The notes under the pieces: generated by a model | What the model saw: the letters and a program-made list of their open reading frames with translations, nothing else | The model's database searches: none | Told to the model about the DNA's origin: nothing | Made by a program: the position numbers and the translations under genes | Shown here: positions 44,443 to 58,149 of the stretch, piece after piece | How positions within the stretch are numbered: the stretch's first letter is position 1 | Layout of the letters: each line of letters opens with the position of its first letter | From: Dictyostelium discoideum | Lineage: Eukaryota | Direction: 5' to 3' | NCBI GenBank assembly: GCA_000004695.1 | Contig: CM000150.2 | Location: 4,576,001 to 4,640,000 of the forward strand | Length of the DNA: 64,000 nt

Positions 44443-44449
44443 TAACAAC

Positions 44450-44483
<34 letters not shown>

Positions 44484-45012
44484 TAATAAAAATAATTATA
44501 ATGATAATTATAACACATTATAAAAATACATATTAATCATTTCAATTATCATAAAAATACAGTGTTTACGCCGCAGAAGCCTCACCATGTACAGTAGATG
44601 GAAAGACTTTTCATAAAAGTCTGTAATTTTTCATTTAAACAAAAAAAAAAACTGAAATTTTGAACTATCAATTTAATATACATGATTTTATTAATATTTT
44701 TTTTACTTTTATTATCATTATTTTTTATAAATAATTAGGTTGTACCTTATGTTCTGATTGCAGAAAAGGACTTGATTCAACAACAATTTGTGAAAATGAA
44801 TCTGTAAGATATTATATTTAATTTGGGTTTATTTTAGTTTTATTTTATTTTCCCATAAATCAGTATTAATATAAAATAATTATTTTAGAAACTTTATTGT
44901 AAATCATGTTATGGAAGAAAATTTGGTCCAAAACTCTTTGGTTTCGGTATTTATCAACTAATTATAAAATCAAATCAATTAAAAAAAAAAAAATTCTCAA
45001 ATTTATTAATTA

Positions 45013-45088
<76 letters not shown>

Positions 45089-45128
45089 ATTTTTAGGTGG
45101 TGGTGGTGCCATTGCTCACACTGAATAA
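44271..45128 (+). CDS. Small single-LIM-domain protein (CRP-like) with a Gly-rich C-terminus, 5 micro-exons: join(44271..44323,44563..44618,44739..44803,44889..44946,45097..45128), about 88 aa
   Basis: The assembled product is MPPKFGSSAPKCGVCAKSVYAAEASPCTVDGKTFHKSCTLCSDCRKGLDSTTICENESKLYCKSCYGRKFGPKLFGFGGGGGAIAHTE. It fits the LIM consensus C-x2-C-x17-H-x2-C-x2-C-x2-C-x17-C-x2-C, followed by the (F)GPKG..G motif of CRP/LimE-type proteins. Donors are GTAACA, GTCTGT (weak), GTAAGA and GTATTT. Introns 1 and 4 are filled with (AAT)n/(ATT)n. Confidence 0.55.
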
Positions 45129-45707
45129 ATTTGAAATCATTATTATTATTTAAAAATTCTATTTAAAAATGTACAAATCATATGAAAAACAACAATAAAT
45201 TATTTTTTTCCCAAACAAGAAATTTAATTTTTTTTTTTTTTTTTTTTTTTTTTCAGGAAAAAGAATTAAATTTAAGTTTCAAATTATGAATTATTGGAAG
45301 AAAAAAAATATATATATATCAAATATAAATTAAATAATTCAATATTCAAAAACTAATGAAGAATATAGGTAGACAATATTCAATGCAATGTTATTTTTTA
45401 ACTTTTTACATTATTTTTTATTTTTTATTTTTTATTTTTGTTTGGTCATTTAATAGCATTTCGATTCAATATTTGGTAACCCCTCAAAATTAATTACAAA
45501 AATGAAAAATGAAAAATAAAATAAACAATAATTTAAAAATAAAATTTTTAGAAATAAATAAACAAGATAAAAAATAAAAATAACTTCTTTAAATAAATAA
45601 CTTTTTTTTTTTATTGATACAAATGATTAAAAAAATTTTTTGATTATTATTTTTAATAATATTATTATTATTAAAATTATTATTATTATTATTACTACTA
45701 TGATAAC

Positions 45708-45762
<55 letters not shown>

Positions 45763-45792
45763 TTATTATTATTATTATTTTTATTATTATTT

Positions 45793-48700
45793 TTATCTTC
45801 TAAATGAAGAAGAATCAAAACTTTCTTTTGTTGATGTGGAAGAATTATTTTTATAGGATAAACCGGACTCACCAACTCTTCTGGAATTTGAATTAAAATC
45901 TTCACGATTTGGAGTTACATAATCTAAATGAACAATATTAGTTGATTGTTTTAAACCAGTGAAATGACCTTGATTATAACAATAGAAAATTGAAAGTGAA
46001 GGAATGATTTCAGTGATAATTAAACCTAAGAAACTAAATGTAATATTTGAAGGATTTGCAGCAACTAAAATTAAAACGAAAACACAATGAATGATAAAAC
46101 CAATTGAACAAGCAAATGTAACTATAAATATTTTCTTTTGATGTTGGCTTGAGGAACTATTTCCGCTTGAACCACTGCCACCACCTGAACTACTACCACC
46201 ATTTGTACTACCACCATTTCTATTTTTTTTAATTGATCTCATTGATAGATATAATGAACCACCCAAATAAAGGAAAGCTGAACCAATAACAAAAGAAATT
46301 ATAGCTTGAATAATGGCATAAACAATTGAAACTACATATTGCGAGGTTGTGCTTGAAACTTCTAAAACGATTCTAGTACCACAATCATTACTTGGATGAT
46401 CTTCAGTATAATTGAATACCAATACAATTACAATGAATAATAAATAAAGTATAAGATTTGTAGCTAAAATTATAATTTTCAAACGTTTAAATAATGTTCT
46501 ACCAGAATCTTTAGAATTTACAATCATATACCAAAGTGAAACGATAATGGTAAAAGCTGTAAAATAAATAAAAGTTGGTAAAACCACTAAAATATAATCT
46601 GCACTTGAATTATTTTGAAGTGCACCACTTGGTATAATAAAGAAATAAATGGCTCTAATTAAAATGAAAATTGATACAATCACAATTAAAAAGTGTACCA
46701 ATTTAATTTGTTCGACACCTTTATATTTTCTAATAACAACCATTACAACTTGGAAAATACCCCAAATTGCTGTTAACATGAAAATACAAGCCAATGTATA
46801 AATTAAACCGGTTGCAGTTTTATCAAAAACTTCTTTCTCTTGACTTGACCAATTTTCAATACGAATAATTGGAAAGAATGATTTATCCTCTGTGAAATTG
46901 GTTAATATTGTACAAAGTAATTCACTTTCATCAACTGGCGATTTTTTAGTAAAAGTTTCAACATCCAATGGTCTTAATGGTGAATTTGAAGTTGAGATTG
47001 CAAAATCATAAATATCATAGGATTTTGAATATTTTGTACCATTAAATTGTAAACAAATTGTTAATGATAAAACACCTTGTGTATTAATAGTTATACCATC
47101 ACCTAAAATTGTACCAATAATTGCATCTTTATCATTTAGAATACCATAATTGTCAGGCTTTTTATATGATACGAAATTTGATGATAAAGTTTGTGCAATA
47201 GTTGATTTATAAAGTTGTTGAGAAACTTGTGATACCAATACTGATGTACAACCCGATTGTACTGATTTCTTAGTAAATTCAACTCTACCAAATGAAAAAT
47301 CATATGATGATTCTTCATTTGCACATGGTTTAGATTGACCTAATAATAATGCCGATGATGAGAAACAATCTGGTGAACCATTTTCAGAACAACTACAACT
47401 AATTGAACGTAAATTACCTTCAACTCTTTCCATTCTACATAATACTTCAGAACGATAAAGATCTGCAATATGAGTATTTACTGAATCATCCAATTCATTA
47501 AAAAGTTGTTCATAATTTAATACTTTTCTAACAGAGGTTGGATAAACATATTGATTGGTTCTCCATTGTGGTTTAATAGAGATACCACCTTGCCAAACTG
47601 CTGGAGTCCATTGGAAAATATTTTCCCAAGAATTTAATGATTCATTACCACATCCTGTACAAAGTTCTTCTGTCATTTGATTGAATCTAAAATTATAAGG
47701 TAAATTGTATGGACTATTATCAAGGATTTTACAACCCATTGGTGCTTCACATTCTTCACGTGTTGTTGCTGGTGCCCACCAAGTGAAACCTTCATCAGCT
47801 TGTAAATTACAAACTCTATGTGAACCCTCTGGATAATATGGGAAACAACCCATTGGTGAATCTGACTGATAGAATGTATCACAAGTTGGAGTTTGGAAAC
47901 CAGTTAAATAAGCGAAATGACCTCTAACACATTTACCCATGTTCTCTGGATAGTATGGTACATTTTCTGTTGTGAAAAAGTAAGAATCTGAACATTGACC
48001 TGCATTTTCACATTCTGCTTTGGTTGCACATTCAATTGGTTGAAGATAACATTGACTAAATGTAAAATCATAACATTCATCATATGGTTGATTTTCACAA
48101 TCTACCCATTGATAAATAAGATCAACTCCATCATCATTTAATGCAGCACATGCTTCTTTAGTTTTAGTATTTGCTAATTCACACATATAATTATCTTCAG
48201 ACCAAGTTGTATTTAAAATTGTTTGACAAACTGTTTCATTCATATAGAAGCTACCACCTTCAACACCACAACCACTATAACCTAAACCAACACATTCTTT
48301 ACCACATGGTAAATTACAATTACCATAATTATTTTCACAATCAGTTGGATCAACATCATATAATACTTCACCATTTGATAATATACAAACATTTGCTACA
48401 GTTGGTGATTTACATTGAACTTCATCAAAGTTATCGTCGAAATTAAAACAATCTGTTGAATTTGTTGAACAATAACCACAATACTCTTGAATTGCATTAC
48501 ATTTATCGATACAAGTTTGTTCGTCATCAACTTCAGGATCACAATCTGTTGGAATTTGACAGAATCCAATTGATTCACAAGTATCTAAATTTGATTGTAA
48601 TGAAAAACTCCAACCACCGATCTGACCATCGAAACAAGCATCATGTACAGTTACACAAGAATGATCTAAACAATTGGTTGTTGGATAACATGAATAATTA

Positions 48701-51393
48701 ATACCAATACCACTAGCAGTATAAGTATAGGTACCACGATAATCATTACCATATTGATTGGTACAATCATCCCAACTCATTGCGTTGAAAACATTTGAAA
48801 TTAATGAAGCATTACTTTGAATACCATATTTATTTAAAAATGAATAAGTATATGATGCTGGTAACCTATTGAAAACACATTCTAAATATTTCAAATCCAA
48901 TTGTTCTGGTGGTATCATGCAAATTCTTTGTTTTAAATCACAAATGATTGATTGGTTAGTTGGACCATAGGTACCACAATCGTTATCGGAAATACATGGT
49001 GTATCATTTAAAACATCTTTACAATCTCTTAATGCATCTCTCATTTCCATTGCACTATTGGTTGAAACAAATGCTGGTACATCACAGTCACTAACTACTG
49101 ATAATGAATTATAATATTCATTTAAAACTGATGCTGTACATTGTGAACTAAAACATTGATCTTCAACCAAATCATCATAGATTCCAATGAATTCTGATAC
49201 TTTCACTGGCACCATTTTTGGTTGACAACATTGGAAAAATGATAATGTAACATTACAACATGGATCCAAATCATATTCTGGGTCATTCGATGAATATGAA
49301 CAAACTGAAAGACTTTTATTAACAAAACTATTATCAGTTTGTAAAAAACTACCTGCTTTATCACTACATGCTTTCCATGAATCTGATAATGTCAATGTAT
49401 CAATATTAAAAATAATTGAATTTACAATTGAAAAATCAGTATTATTATATAATGTACTCTCTAAACTATCCATTTCCTTTAATAATTCTTCAAATTTTTC
49501 ATTATCACATTTTAATTCATTATTTAATGTTAATGTAAAATTACCTTCTAATGGCTAATAAATAAATAAATAAATGAATATTAATTATTTTTTTTTTCTA
49601 TTATTATTTAATAATAATTAATAAATAACTTACATTTCCATTTTTATCAACCAAAGTATTTAAAAATTCAATTTTTGAAGTTAAAATATCTTGAAAACCT
49701 TTATTTAATTGAGAAAATTCACCTTCAGTAGTTGATAATAAAAATGCAGTTGAATAATGATTTTTTCTACTTTTATCATTATAATAAGTGATTTTATTAA
49801 ATCTATAATCATCAACAAATTGTGCTGGAATTGGCCAAACTGGAAATGATTCTAAAAATGGGTATAAAATTGAATAGGATGTACAGGTTGACCAACCACT
49901 ACATTTATAAAAACTACCATTTGGTAAGAATAATCTTGATGATCCTAAAATTGAAAATGCACCACCTCTTGCATAATTATCACTAATTGATATTAATTCT
50001 GTTGTTGTTAATGTTGATATTGTAAATGAATAAACTGATGCATAATATGTTGATACTGTAATATATAAAGTTTTTGGGGTACCATCTGAATTTGGTTTTA
50101 ATGATAAAATTATATAATCATCATCTAAATTAAATTAAATTTAAAAAAATTATTATTATTATTATTATTAATATTTATTAATATTTTTTTTTTTTTTTTT
50201 TTTTTTTCGAAAAAAAAAATATTTACTTTCATTAATACATTCCCATTTTGAAGGGTTTGTATAATTTGGTTTTGTATTTGATGGATCATCTGAAATGAAA
50301 AAATCAATATCTTGGAAAATTGTTGGTGCTGAAAATGAAACAATACTTGGTTTGGTAACTTGAAAAGTGTAATAAGCAAGTTCACTTGCAAGTTTAGTTT
50401 CACCAACTGCTGGTACACCATCAACAATACATTCATGATCTGGTAAATTTGGTAAATTTGTACATGTTGTTGTTGGTAATTTTGATGTTGGTTGAATTTC
50501 TAAAAATAAAAAAAAAAAAAAAAAATTAATAATTAAATATATTTCTATTTATAATTATTATTATTATTATTTTTATTTTTTTAATTTTTTTACCTTTTGA
50601 AATTATTGTTAAATTAAAGTTTATATATTTTGATAATGGTATAATTGTTAAGAAATAAGTATCCAAAGTCCAAACATCTAAAGAGGTACCATCAAGATCA
50701 AAACCATTATCAGATGGACAAAACGCTGGTTGAATAAAAGTATCTGGTGAAATGTTTGGAGTTAATCTATTGAATAGACTTGATGGTGAATTTCCAATAG
50801 ATATGTAGTATCTACCTTGATTTTGAGATGACTCAATTCTTATGCCTTCACAAATGAATGCATTTGCTTTATAACGAATTGTAATTGGTTTATCTGTAGA
50901 TTCAAAATTTGTTGGAACATTTGCCTTTATTGTATCCCAATTTGGATATTTTGTACTATTACAAAAATCAACATTACATAATGTTTGGTCACATGATGAA
51001 TCCAATATTTTTGGACATTCATTCATATTGGTATAATCGCATGAACAATCAATATTTCCATTAATTATTGGTAAAGTACAATCAAAGTTACCACATGGAA
51101 CATTTCTAATACGATATAAATCTTGATCAAATTCAAAATCTATTAATGCATAATCAAACTCAACTCCTAATACATTTGTTGATTTTTCTATAATTTTACT
51201 TGATTTTACATTTATACAATTTATTAAATATATACCTAAAAAAAATAAAAATAAAAAAAAATAAAAAATAATAAAATAAATGAGTAAGTAATTAATTAAT
51301 TTATTAAAATAAAAAAATAAAATAATTTTAATATTTACAATTTATTAAAATTAATATAATAAAAATTATATTAATTATTTTTTTTATTATCAT
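45793..51393 (-). CDS. Large (about 1740 aa) secreted cysteine-rich ectodomain protein with a C-terminal seven-transmembrane domain (orphan 7TM receptor-like), 5 exons: complement(join(45793..49554,49634..50124,50227..50499,50594..51235,51339..51393))
   Basis: Exon 1 is a signal peptide (MIIKKIINIIFIILILIN) followed by GTAAAT. Exons 2-4 use phase-1/phase-0 junctions with GTAAAA/GTAAAT/GTAAGT donors and (T)nAG acceptors, and all frames are continuous. The ectodomain has more than 100 Cys with many CxxC/C-x-C spacings and N-glycosylation sites. The C-terminus has 7 predicted TM helices with a Gly/Ser-rich third intracellular loop and a Ser-rich tail. Confidence 0.6.
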
Positions 51394-52079
51394 AGTATGA
51401 TAATTTATTTTATTTTATTTTTTTTCTATTAATACAAAATTTGCTGTTTGGAAAAACTTTTTAGAAAAAGAAAAAGAAAAAAGTTAAAAAATAAAAAAAT
51501 AAAAATATAAAAAAAAAAATAAAAATATAAAAAATAAATGTAAAAAAAAAAAAAAAAAAAAAAATATTTTTTTTTATTGTAATTTAAAAAAAAAGATTTT
51601 TATCCAACCACAAATATCTTCGAAACGTTTTTCGTTTGATCAAATTTTTTTTTTTATTTTCCAAAAAGTTTTTTTTTATTTTAAAAAATTCCCCACTCAA
51701 AAAAAAAAAAAAATATTTTTGGATTTTTTAAAAAAAAAAAGATCTTTTTAAATTTTTTTATTTTTTTTTTATTTTTATTTTTATTTTTATTTTTGATTGA
51801 TTTTCCAAAATACCCAAATATAACACACATATAAAAATATCTTTGCACACATACGCACCAAATTTGTTATTGTTAGAAAAAGTCTAATAATAATTGGGGT
51901 AGGACTTTTTCTAATTGTTGTAAATCAATGTCTGATGAGGGGTCATTCCTGTGCATCCTTGAAACTGATTCCTTTATAAATATTTCAATAAAGTCACATA
52001 ACATATCCATTGCATCTTCTGTTATTTTAATATTATCATTTTTAAAATTTAATCTTATTATTGATTCTATTGTTTTCTA

Positions 52080-52134
<55 letters not shown>

Positions 52135-52418
52135 AAACAAAATTATTAACATATGTTCAAAATAATAAAAAAAAAAACAAATAATAATGATAATACTTTT
52201 TTTACTTGAGACATATTTATTGGTTAAAAAAAAAAATAAAAGAAATTAATTTTTTTTACATTTTTGTAATTTTGAAATTTTTTAAAAAAAAAAATATCTG
52301 AAAAATAAAAAAATTAAAGTTATGACGAATAAATAAAAATAAAATTTTAAATATTTGATTAGTTAAATAGTATATATTTTTTTTTTAAAAAATCTAAATA
52401 ATTATTTTATTAATTAAT

Positions 52419-53156
52419 TTAGTTATCTGGAGCAGACCATTCAGCAATTGGTTGTTGAGTGAATTCAACAGCTTCAACGGCAGCAACTGGAGCGGCAGCA
52501 ACAGCGGCGGTTTTTTCTTTTTCTGGTTCTTCATCAGTATCTCTGTAGATGAAGAGATCGACTTTGACAGACCAGGTGGTGTTTCTTGGGATGGTACCTC
52601 TTAAGTATAAAACTTCACGAGCTAATAACCAGAACATTAAGGCAATTGAGTTTTTACCACGGTTGTTACATGGGATAGCAATATCAACACCGTCTAAACA
52701 TGAGGTGGTATCACAGAGAGCGATGGTTGGGATATTTACGTATGAAGCTTCCATTAATGGTTGTTTATCTAATAATGGATCAGCAACAATCAAAAGTCTT
52801 GGTTCAGTGAATTTTGATTGGATTTGATTGGTAAAGGTACCTGGGGTGAAACGACCAGAGAAAGCGGTGGCACCGATAAAGTTGGCGAATTTGAGGACGG
52901 CACGTTGACCCAATGGTTTGGCAGAGATAACTGAGATATCAGCTGGGTTTTCAATAGCAACGATGACACGAGCAGCTAATTGAATCTTTTCCCAAGTTTT
53001 GGCAAGATTGATGATGAAGTGACCATTATCCTTTCTCTTCCAGGTGTATGATTCCATTTCAACATCAACGTTGTTACCACCGAGATGGGTTTGACAAGCT
53101 AACATCTTTAAGATATCATCTTGATGTGGGTTTAATGCAGCTGGGAATTGAGTCAT
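52419..53156 (-). CDS. rpsA: 40S ribosomal protein SA (p40 / laminin-receptor homolog), 245 aa
   Basis: [42 protein letters not shown]...[19 protein letters not shown] carries the conserved RPSA/uS2 core. It shows the strong GC3 codon bias typical of highly expressed Dictyostelium genes. It appears to be a single exon here. Confidence 0.9.
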   Translation of the reverse strand: MTQFPAALNPHQDDILKMLACQTHLGGNNVDVEMESYTWKRKDNGHFIINLAKTWEKIQLAARVIVAIENPADISVISAKPLGQRAVLKFANFIGATAFSGRFTPGTFTNQIQSKFTEPRLLIVADPLLDKQPLMEASYVNIPTIALCDTTSCLDGVDIAIPCNNRGKNSIALMFWLLAREVLYLRGTIPRNTTWSVKVDLFIYRDTDEEPEKEKTAAVAAAPVAAVEAVEFTQQPIAEWSAPDN

Positions 53157-53763
53157 CTTTTATAAGAGTAACGTAGACGCTAAATTGTTCATTGTGTGTT
53201 ATTTATCAATTATCAATTATCAAAAATCAATCATTTATATATAATAATAATAATAATTTTGATTAATATTCATTCTATTATTTGATTATTTAAATTTTCT
53301 CACAGATTGACCAATATAAACTAAAATTCATTCCACTATTGATAATATGCATAGAATATGGATATGTGATATGTGATATAGATACCGTACATTTTAAAAT
53401 TCTTGACAAAAGAAAGAAAAAAAAAAAAAATTTTCAATTTGCGCGAATTTTTTTTTTTCATTTTTTTTTTTTTTCCCAATTTTTTTTTTAATTTTTTTTT
53501 TTTGATTACGTTTTAAACTTTTGGAAAATATGGCCGACAAAACAAGAAATTTTATGTGGTTGGCAAAAGATAAAAATAAATATATTAAAGAATATCAAAG
53601 AATTTTTAAATTTTAAATGATTCAAAATATAAAAAAAATATGTTCACACAAAAAAAAAAAAAAATAAATATTTTTACACAAAAAAAAAAAAAAAAAAAAA
53701 AAGATTGATAAAAAATTATCACTTTTTTTTTTTTTTACTATTTTCTTTTTTTTTTTTATTTAT

Positions 53764-55107
53764 TTAAAAATTTTGATAATATTGTTGTTGTTGTTGTTGT
53801 GGTGGTTGTTGATATTGTTGAGAAGTTGGTTTATTAAAGTTTATATTACTAAGAAGCATAATTTCATTACCAATTTGAAGAGAATGTTGAGAGTTTGTGG
53901 TATTTAAAGATAAATTATCATTATTAAAGAGTTTTAAAGGTGGAGCTATTTTACAGAGTTTTAGGAAATCAGCGATTTCACTTTCATGTGTTGTTTGTTT
54001 TGAATTTCTCAATGTTGATACAAACACAGCATCATCATTGTCGTCAAGTGTATTGATGGGTGGTGAGGATATTCTTGATCCATCCTTTGTAAATTGATTA
54101 ATATGATGTTCACTCAATAGTAAAGGACCATGAATTTGGCTGATTTTACTATTTTTCATTGAGGAATTGTTTAATCTATCTATACCACTTGCACCAAATG
54201 AATTGGTTGAACCTGGTGAAGAACTTTGATAGAGTGGATTATTGAATAATGCATTATTACCACTTATACCAATTAAATTATTATTGCTATTGTTGTTGCT
54301 GTTTAACAATGTTAAATTACCACTACTATTATTACCAACTAAACCACCACCACTACCACCAATACCATTACTATTATTTAATAAGGTTAAATTGTTATTA
54401 CTATTATTACCAACCAAACCACCACCACTTGCACCTGTACTACCAATTAAACCGCCACTTGTACCTGTACTACCACCACCACTGTAATAGTCCAAAGTTG
54501 AGGGTTCTTTAAATGGAGATATACTAACATGAAATGGTGGACTTTTTGTGCCAGATGAAGATGATTTTGGAAAGTTTTGAAATGGTGGAGCTTGTTGATG
54601 AATAGCAATTGGAGCAGAGGTTGCTCTAGTTTTTGATTGTTGATTATTGTATGATGTTGGTGATATACCAGTGGTTTGATTTGGAATTGTGAAACTAACC
54701 TGTCTTATTGGAAGTGGATTTGATGATGGATGATTATTAATGTTAATACCACCACTTGTATTAATATTATTACTTGTTGTTGTTGTTGTAGTTGTTGAAC
54801 CAAATGGTGGTGATGAACCATATTGATTATTATAATTTGCATTTCCACTTCCAATCTTTATTGAGTTTGATGAAAATGGTGGGGATGATGATAGTGATGG
54901 TGGTTTATTAAATGATGATGAATATTGTTGTTGTTGCTGTTGCTGTTGCTGTTGATATTGTCTATTATTTTGCATACCTGGTATAAATATTGGGTTGCTT
55001 TGTGGGTTATTATTATTATTTTCATTGAAATTATAGTTATTATTATTACTATTGATTATATTATTATTATTGTTATAACTATTATTGTTTGTATTAAAGT
55101 TATTGAA

Positions 55108-55142
<35 letters not shown>

Positions 55143-56502
55143 TGATGTTATTAAAATTATAGTTTGCATTACTATTACTATTATTGTAGTTATTAAAATT
55201 ATTATTTGTTTCAAAAGGCATCGAATTTGAGTCGTAAGGTGATGAAGAGGTTGGTTTTGAGTTATTATTATTATTATTGTTATTTAATAAATCTTGTAAT
55301 GTACCCATTCTCGTAAGTTGGGGGTATGATGATGGATAATCTCTGTTATATGATGTTGATAAATTATTATCATTGGTATTATTATTGTTATTGTCATTGT
55401 TGTTGTTATTATTATTGTTGATATTAATGTTATTTGTATTGTTTATAATATTCGTATAGTCATTATTACTATTGCTGTTGTTGCTATTATTATTATTATT
55501 ATCATAGTTATTTCCAGATTGATAGTTATTATAATCTTTAATTATAAATTGTGATTCTAAACCTATATGAGAACTAGCTGAAATCTCTCTCGTTAAATTT
55601 TCTTTATAGGATAAGTCAATTTTTAAAATACCCATAGGAGTTGGAATTGCTGTAAATGATACTGTTTTTATACTCGTAGCTATAATAAATATACATATAT
55701 ATATATATATATATTGTGTTAGTTTTTTTTTTTTTTTTTTTTATTTTTTTTTTTTATTTTTTTTTTTTTTTCTAGTTTTAATAATAATATATTTACATAA
55801 TGGAAATGAAGGAGTTGTAATTGATTGTGAATCACAAACTCTTAGTTGGTAATTAACTGAACAAGTTGCTGATCTATTTTTTGAAAAATTTTTAAATAGA
55901 GAATAGCAAGGTATATTTCTAAGCATTGCATAAATTGTTCTAATTAAAATAATAACATTTTTATAAAATTTAGGTAACTCAACTGAATTATCAATCTCTC
56001 TTCTACAAATTTAAAAAATAATTTTTTTTTTTTTTTTAACAATTAGTAAAATTATTATTAATTTTTTGTGATAGTATTGTGTATACATACGGATCAAATA
56101 TTATTCTCCAAGATTCAACAATTGTATTTAAACCTAAACCAACATTTTCATCAAAATGAATTTCTATAACAAATAAAATTCTCATATCATTTTTGAGTAC
56201 TATTCTATCAATTTCCTGTCTATGTATGTCTGATTCCTCTGTTTCTAAATGAAACTATATTATATATATAAAAAAAATAAATAAAAATAATAATTAAAAT
56301 AAAATAACAAACAAAAAAAAAAAAAAAAAAAAAAAAGTTAATCATTTGATCATATATGTGTGTAGTGTGTCTATGATTTATATATACATACAGTTTTATT
56401 AACCCTTCTTGAAACTGATGAAGTTTCAACTCTTGATAATAATATACATTGTGATATCTTTGAAATGGTTTTTCGGATTAAATCTGAATATCTTGAATCC
56501 AT
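53764..56502 (-). CDS. Protein with a conserved about 150-aa N-terminal domain and a very long Asn/Gln/Ser-rich tail (about 777 aa), 4 exons: complement(join(53764..55679,55797..55939,56091..56254,56392..56502))
   Basis: Exon 1 is MDSRYSDLIRKTISKISQCILLSRVETSSVSRRVNKT|GTATGT. Exon 2 is FHLETEESDIHRQEIDRIVLKNDMRILFVIEIHFDENVGLGLNTIVESWRIIFDP (phase 2). Exon 3 is TIYAMLRNIPCYSLFKNF...SFPL|T-GTAAAT. Exon 4 is the 623-aa ORF plus upstream (S)TSIKTVSFTAIPTP. Phases are consistent at all three junctions. The function is unknown. Confidence 0.5.
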
Positions 56503-57125
56503 TTTTTCTTTTTTTTTAATTAATATATAAAGTTGTGTCTGTATGAAATTATTCGTTTAATAATAAATATATAAAAATGATCTTTGTTATACTAAGATAC
56601 TATGACAATCGTTTGTACAATAGTAGTAAAGTATATATAAATATACATAAATAGTTTGTTAAATTATTTGAACTATATGGGCGAGTGTGGTGTTTTTTTT
56701 TTTTTTTTAATGTGTAATTTAAAAAAAAAAAAAAAAATAAAATAATAAAAAAATAAAAAAAAATAAAAAATAAAAAATAAAAAATAAAAAATAAAAAAAA
56801 AAAAACACCACAAAACTTATTTTTTTAATTTTTTCAAATATTATTTTTATTTTATTTTATTTTTTTATTAAAGTAAAAGGACAAAAATAGTACCAATTTT
56901 AAAAATAAAATAAAAAAAAAAAAAAAAAAAAAATTAAAAATAAAAATAATATCTAAAAAAAAAAAAAAAAAAAAACAAAATTAATATGGGAAAAACTTCT
57001 CATTTTAATGAGATATTATTTTTATATATAATTTTCATTCATAGCAAAAATAACCTTTTTCTCGATTAAATCGCACAATTTCTTATTATTATAAAAAAAA
57101 AAAAAAAAAAAAAAAAATAATAATA

Positions 57126-57160
<35 letters not shown>

Positions 57161-57486
57161 TATTCTAAAAATAGGATATTTTTATTTTTTATTTTTTTTT
57201 TTATAAAAATTTTATATTATTTAAATAATTTAAAGAAAATTGGATGACTATTCATTCAATTTTTAAAAGCAATTAATTGTTTAAAAAATTTTTCTCACAT
57301 TTTCACCCATTAATATTTTGGGAAATTTTCCATATTTCTAAAACAGTTTTTTTTTTTTTTTTTTTTTTTTTTAATAAACAATTTTTTTTTTTTTATTTTT
57401 TTTTATCATAAACACAAAAAACAATAATTAAATATTTTATATTTCTAAAAAATTAAATTTTTAACTTTAAAACTAAAAAATCAAAA

Positions 57487-58149
57487 ATGTCAGATAATAA
57501 CAATATCTTAATTAGTGAATGTATTAAAGAATCATTAATTGAATTTAAAGAAGTTTTAGAAGATGAATCAACAATTGTTTATCTTGGTGGCTTAATATCA
57601 GAAAGTGAATCATTTGAAGAGATTAAAGACCAATTCAATTTATTTTGTAAAGATTTCGATATGCCATTCAAAGATGAGGATAATGAAATTGATAGGGTAT
57701 TTAATCAATTAATTAATTTATTGAAGCGTAAAGGCTGCATTTCCTTCTCCGTTGAAAGTAAGCCAAAATCTCATTTAGTCTGCACCAATGGTGATAAGAA
57801 ATCCGTTAATTTGGAAGACCCAAATCTAACAATGGAGCAGTATTTATCATTGACTTATTCTGAAGACAGTCGTACCAGACTCGCAACTTTACGTACCATG
57901 TGTCCATGCAAGGTCAAAGCAGACATTGACCAGTTCTATGACAGAATCATCGAAATGTCCAAAGACAGTGATAGAAACATTCGTTATCAAGCAATGCATA
58001 ACCTCTGCGATGGTTCTCCTGCATGGAGAGAGGATGCCGTCATCCAAACTTTGGAGTCAATGCACAATGACAGTGACCCAAAGATCAGAAGAAGAATTCA
58101 CAACATTCTCACCCACTACAAGCATACTGGTAAATGGAACATTATGTAA
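57487..58149 (+). CDS. HEAT-repeat (PBS-lyase/E-Z type HEAT-like) protein, 220 aa
   Basis: This is a clean single-exon ORF. The C-terminal half has repeated 'DxxxR/IRxxAxxxL' HEAT-like units (RTRLATLRTMCPC, DRNIRYQAMHNLCDG, DPKIRRRIHNIL). Codon usage is moderately GC-biased. Confidence 0.5.
   Translation: MSDNNNILISECIKESLIEFKEVLEDESTIVYLGGLISESESFEEIKDQFNLFCKDFDMPFKDEDNEIDRVFNQLINLLKRKGCISFSVESKPKSHLVCTNGDKKSVNLEDPNLTMEQYLSLTYSEDSRTRLATLRTMCPCKVKADIDQFYDRIIEMSKDSDRNIRYQAMHNLCDGSPAWREDAVIQTLESMHNDSDPKIRRRIHNILTHYKHTGKWNIM

Noticed and set aside
44252-45905. Poly-Ile ORFs (44252..44518-, 44906..45124+, 45627..45905-)
   Set aside because: They are (ATT)n/(AAT)n intron repeats of the LIM gene and low-complexity 3' flank of the 7TM gene. 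The real coding frame of 45793..49473 takes precedence.
52549-52827. Antisense ORF in rpsA
   Set aside because: It is a chance ORF opposite a conserved ribosomal protein CDS.
54242-55230. Plus-strand ORFs 54242..54512 and 54925..55230 (poly-L/P, poly-I)
   Set aside because: They are antisense or shifted-frame translations of the N/Q/S-rich low-complexity tail of the minus-strand gene 53764..56502.
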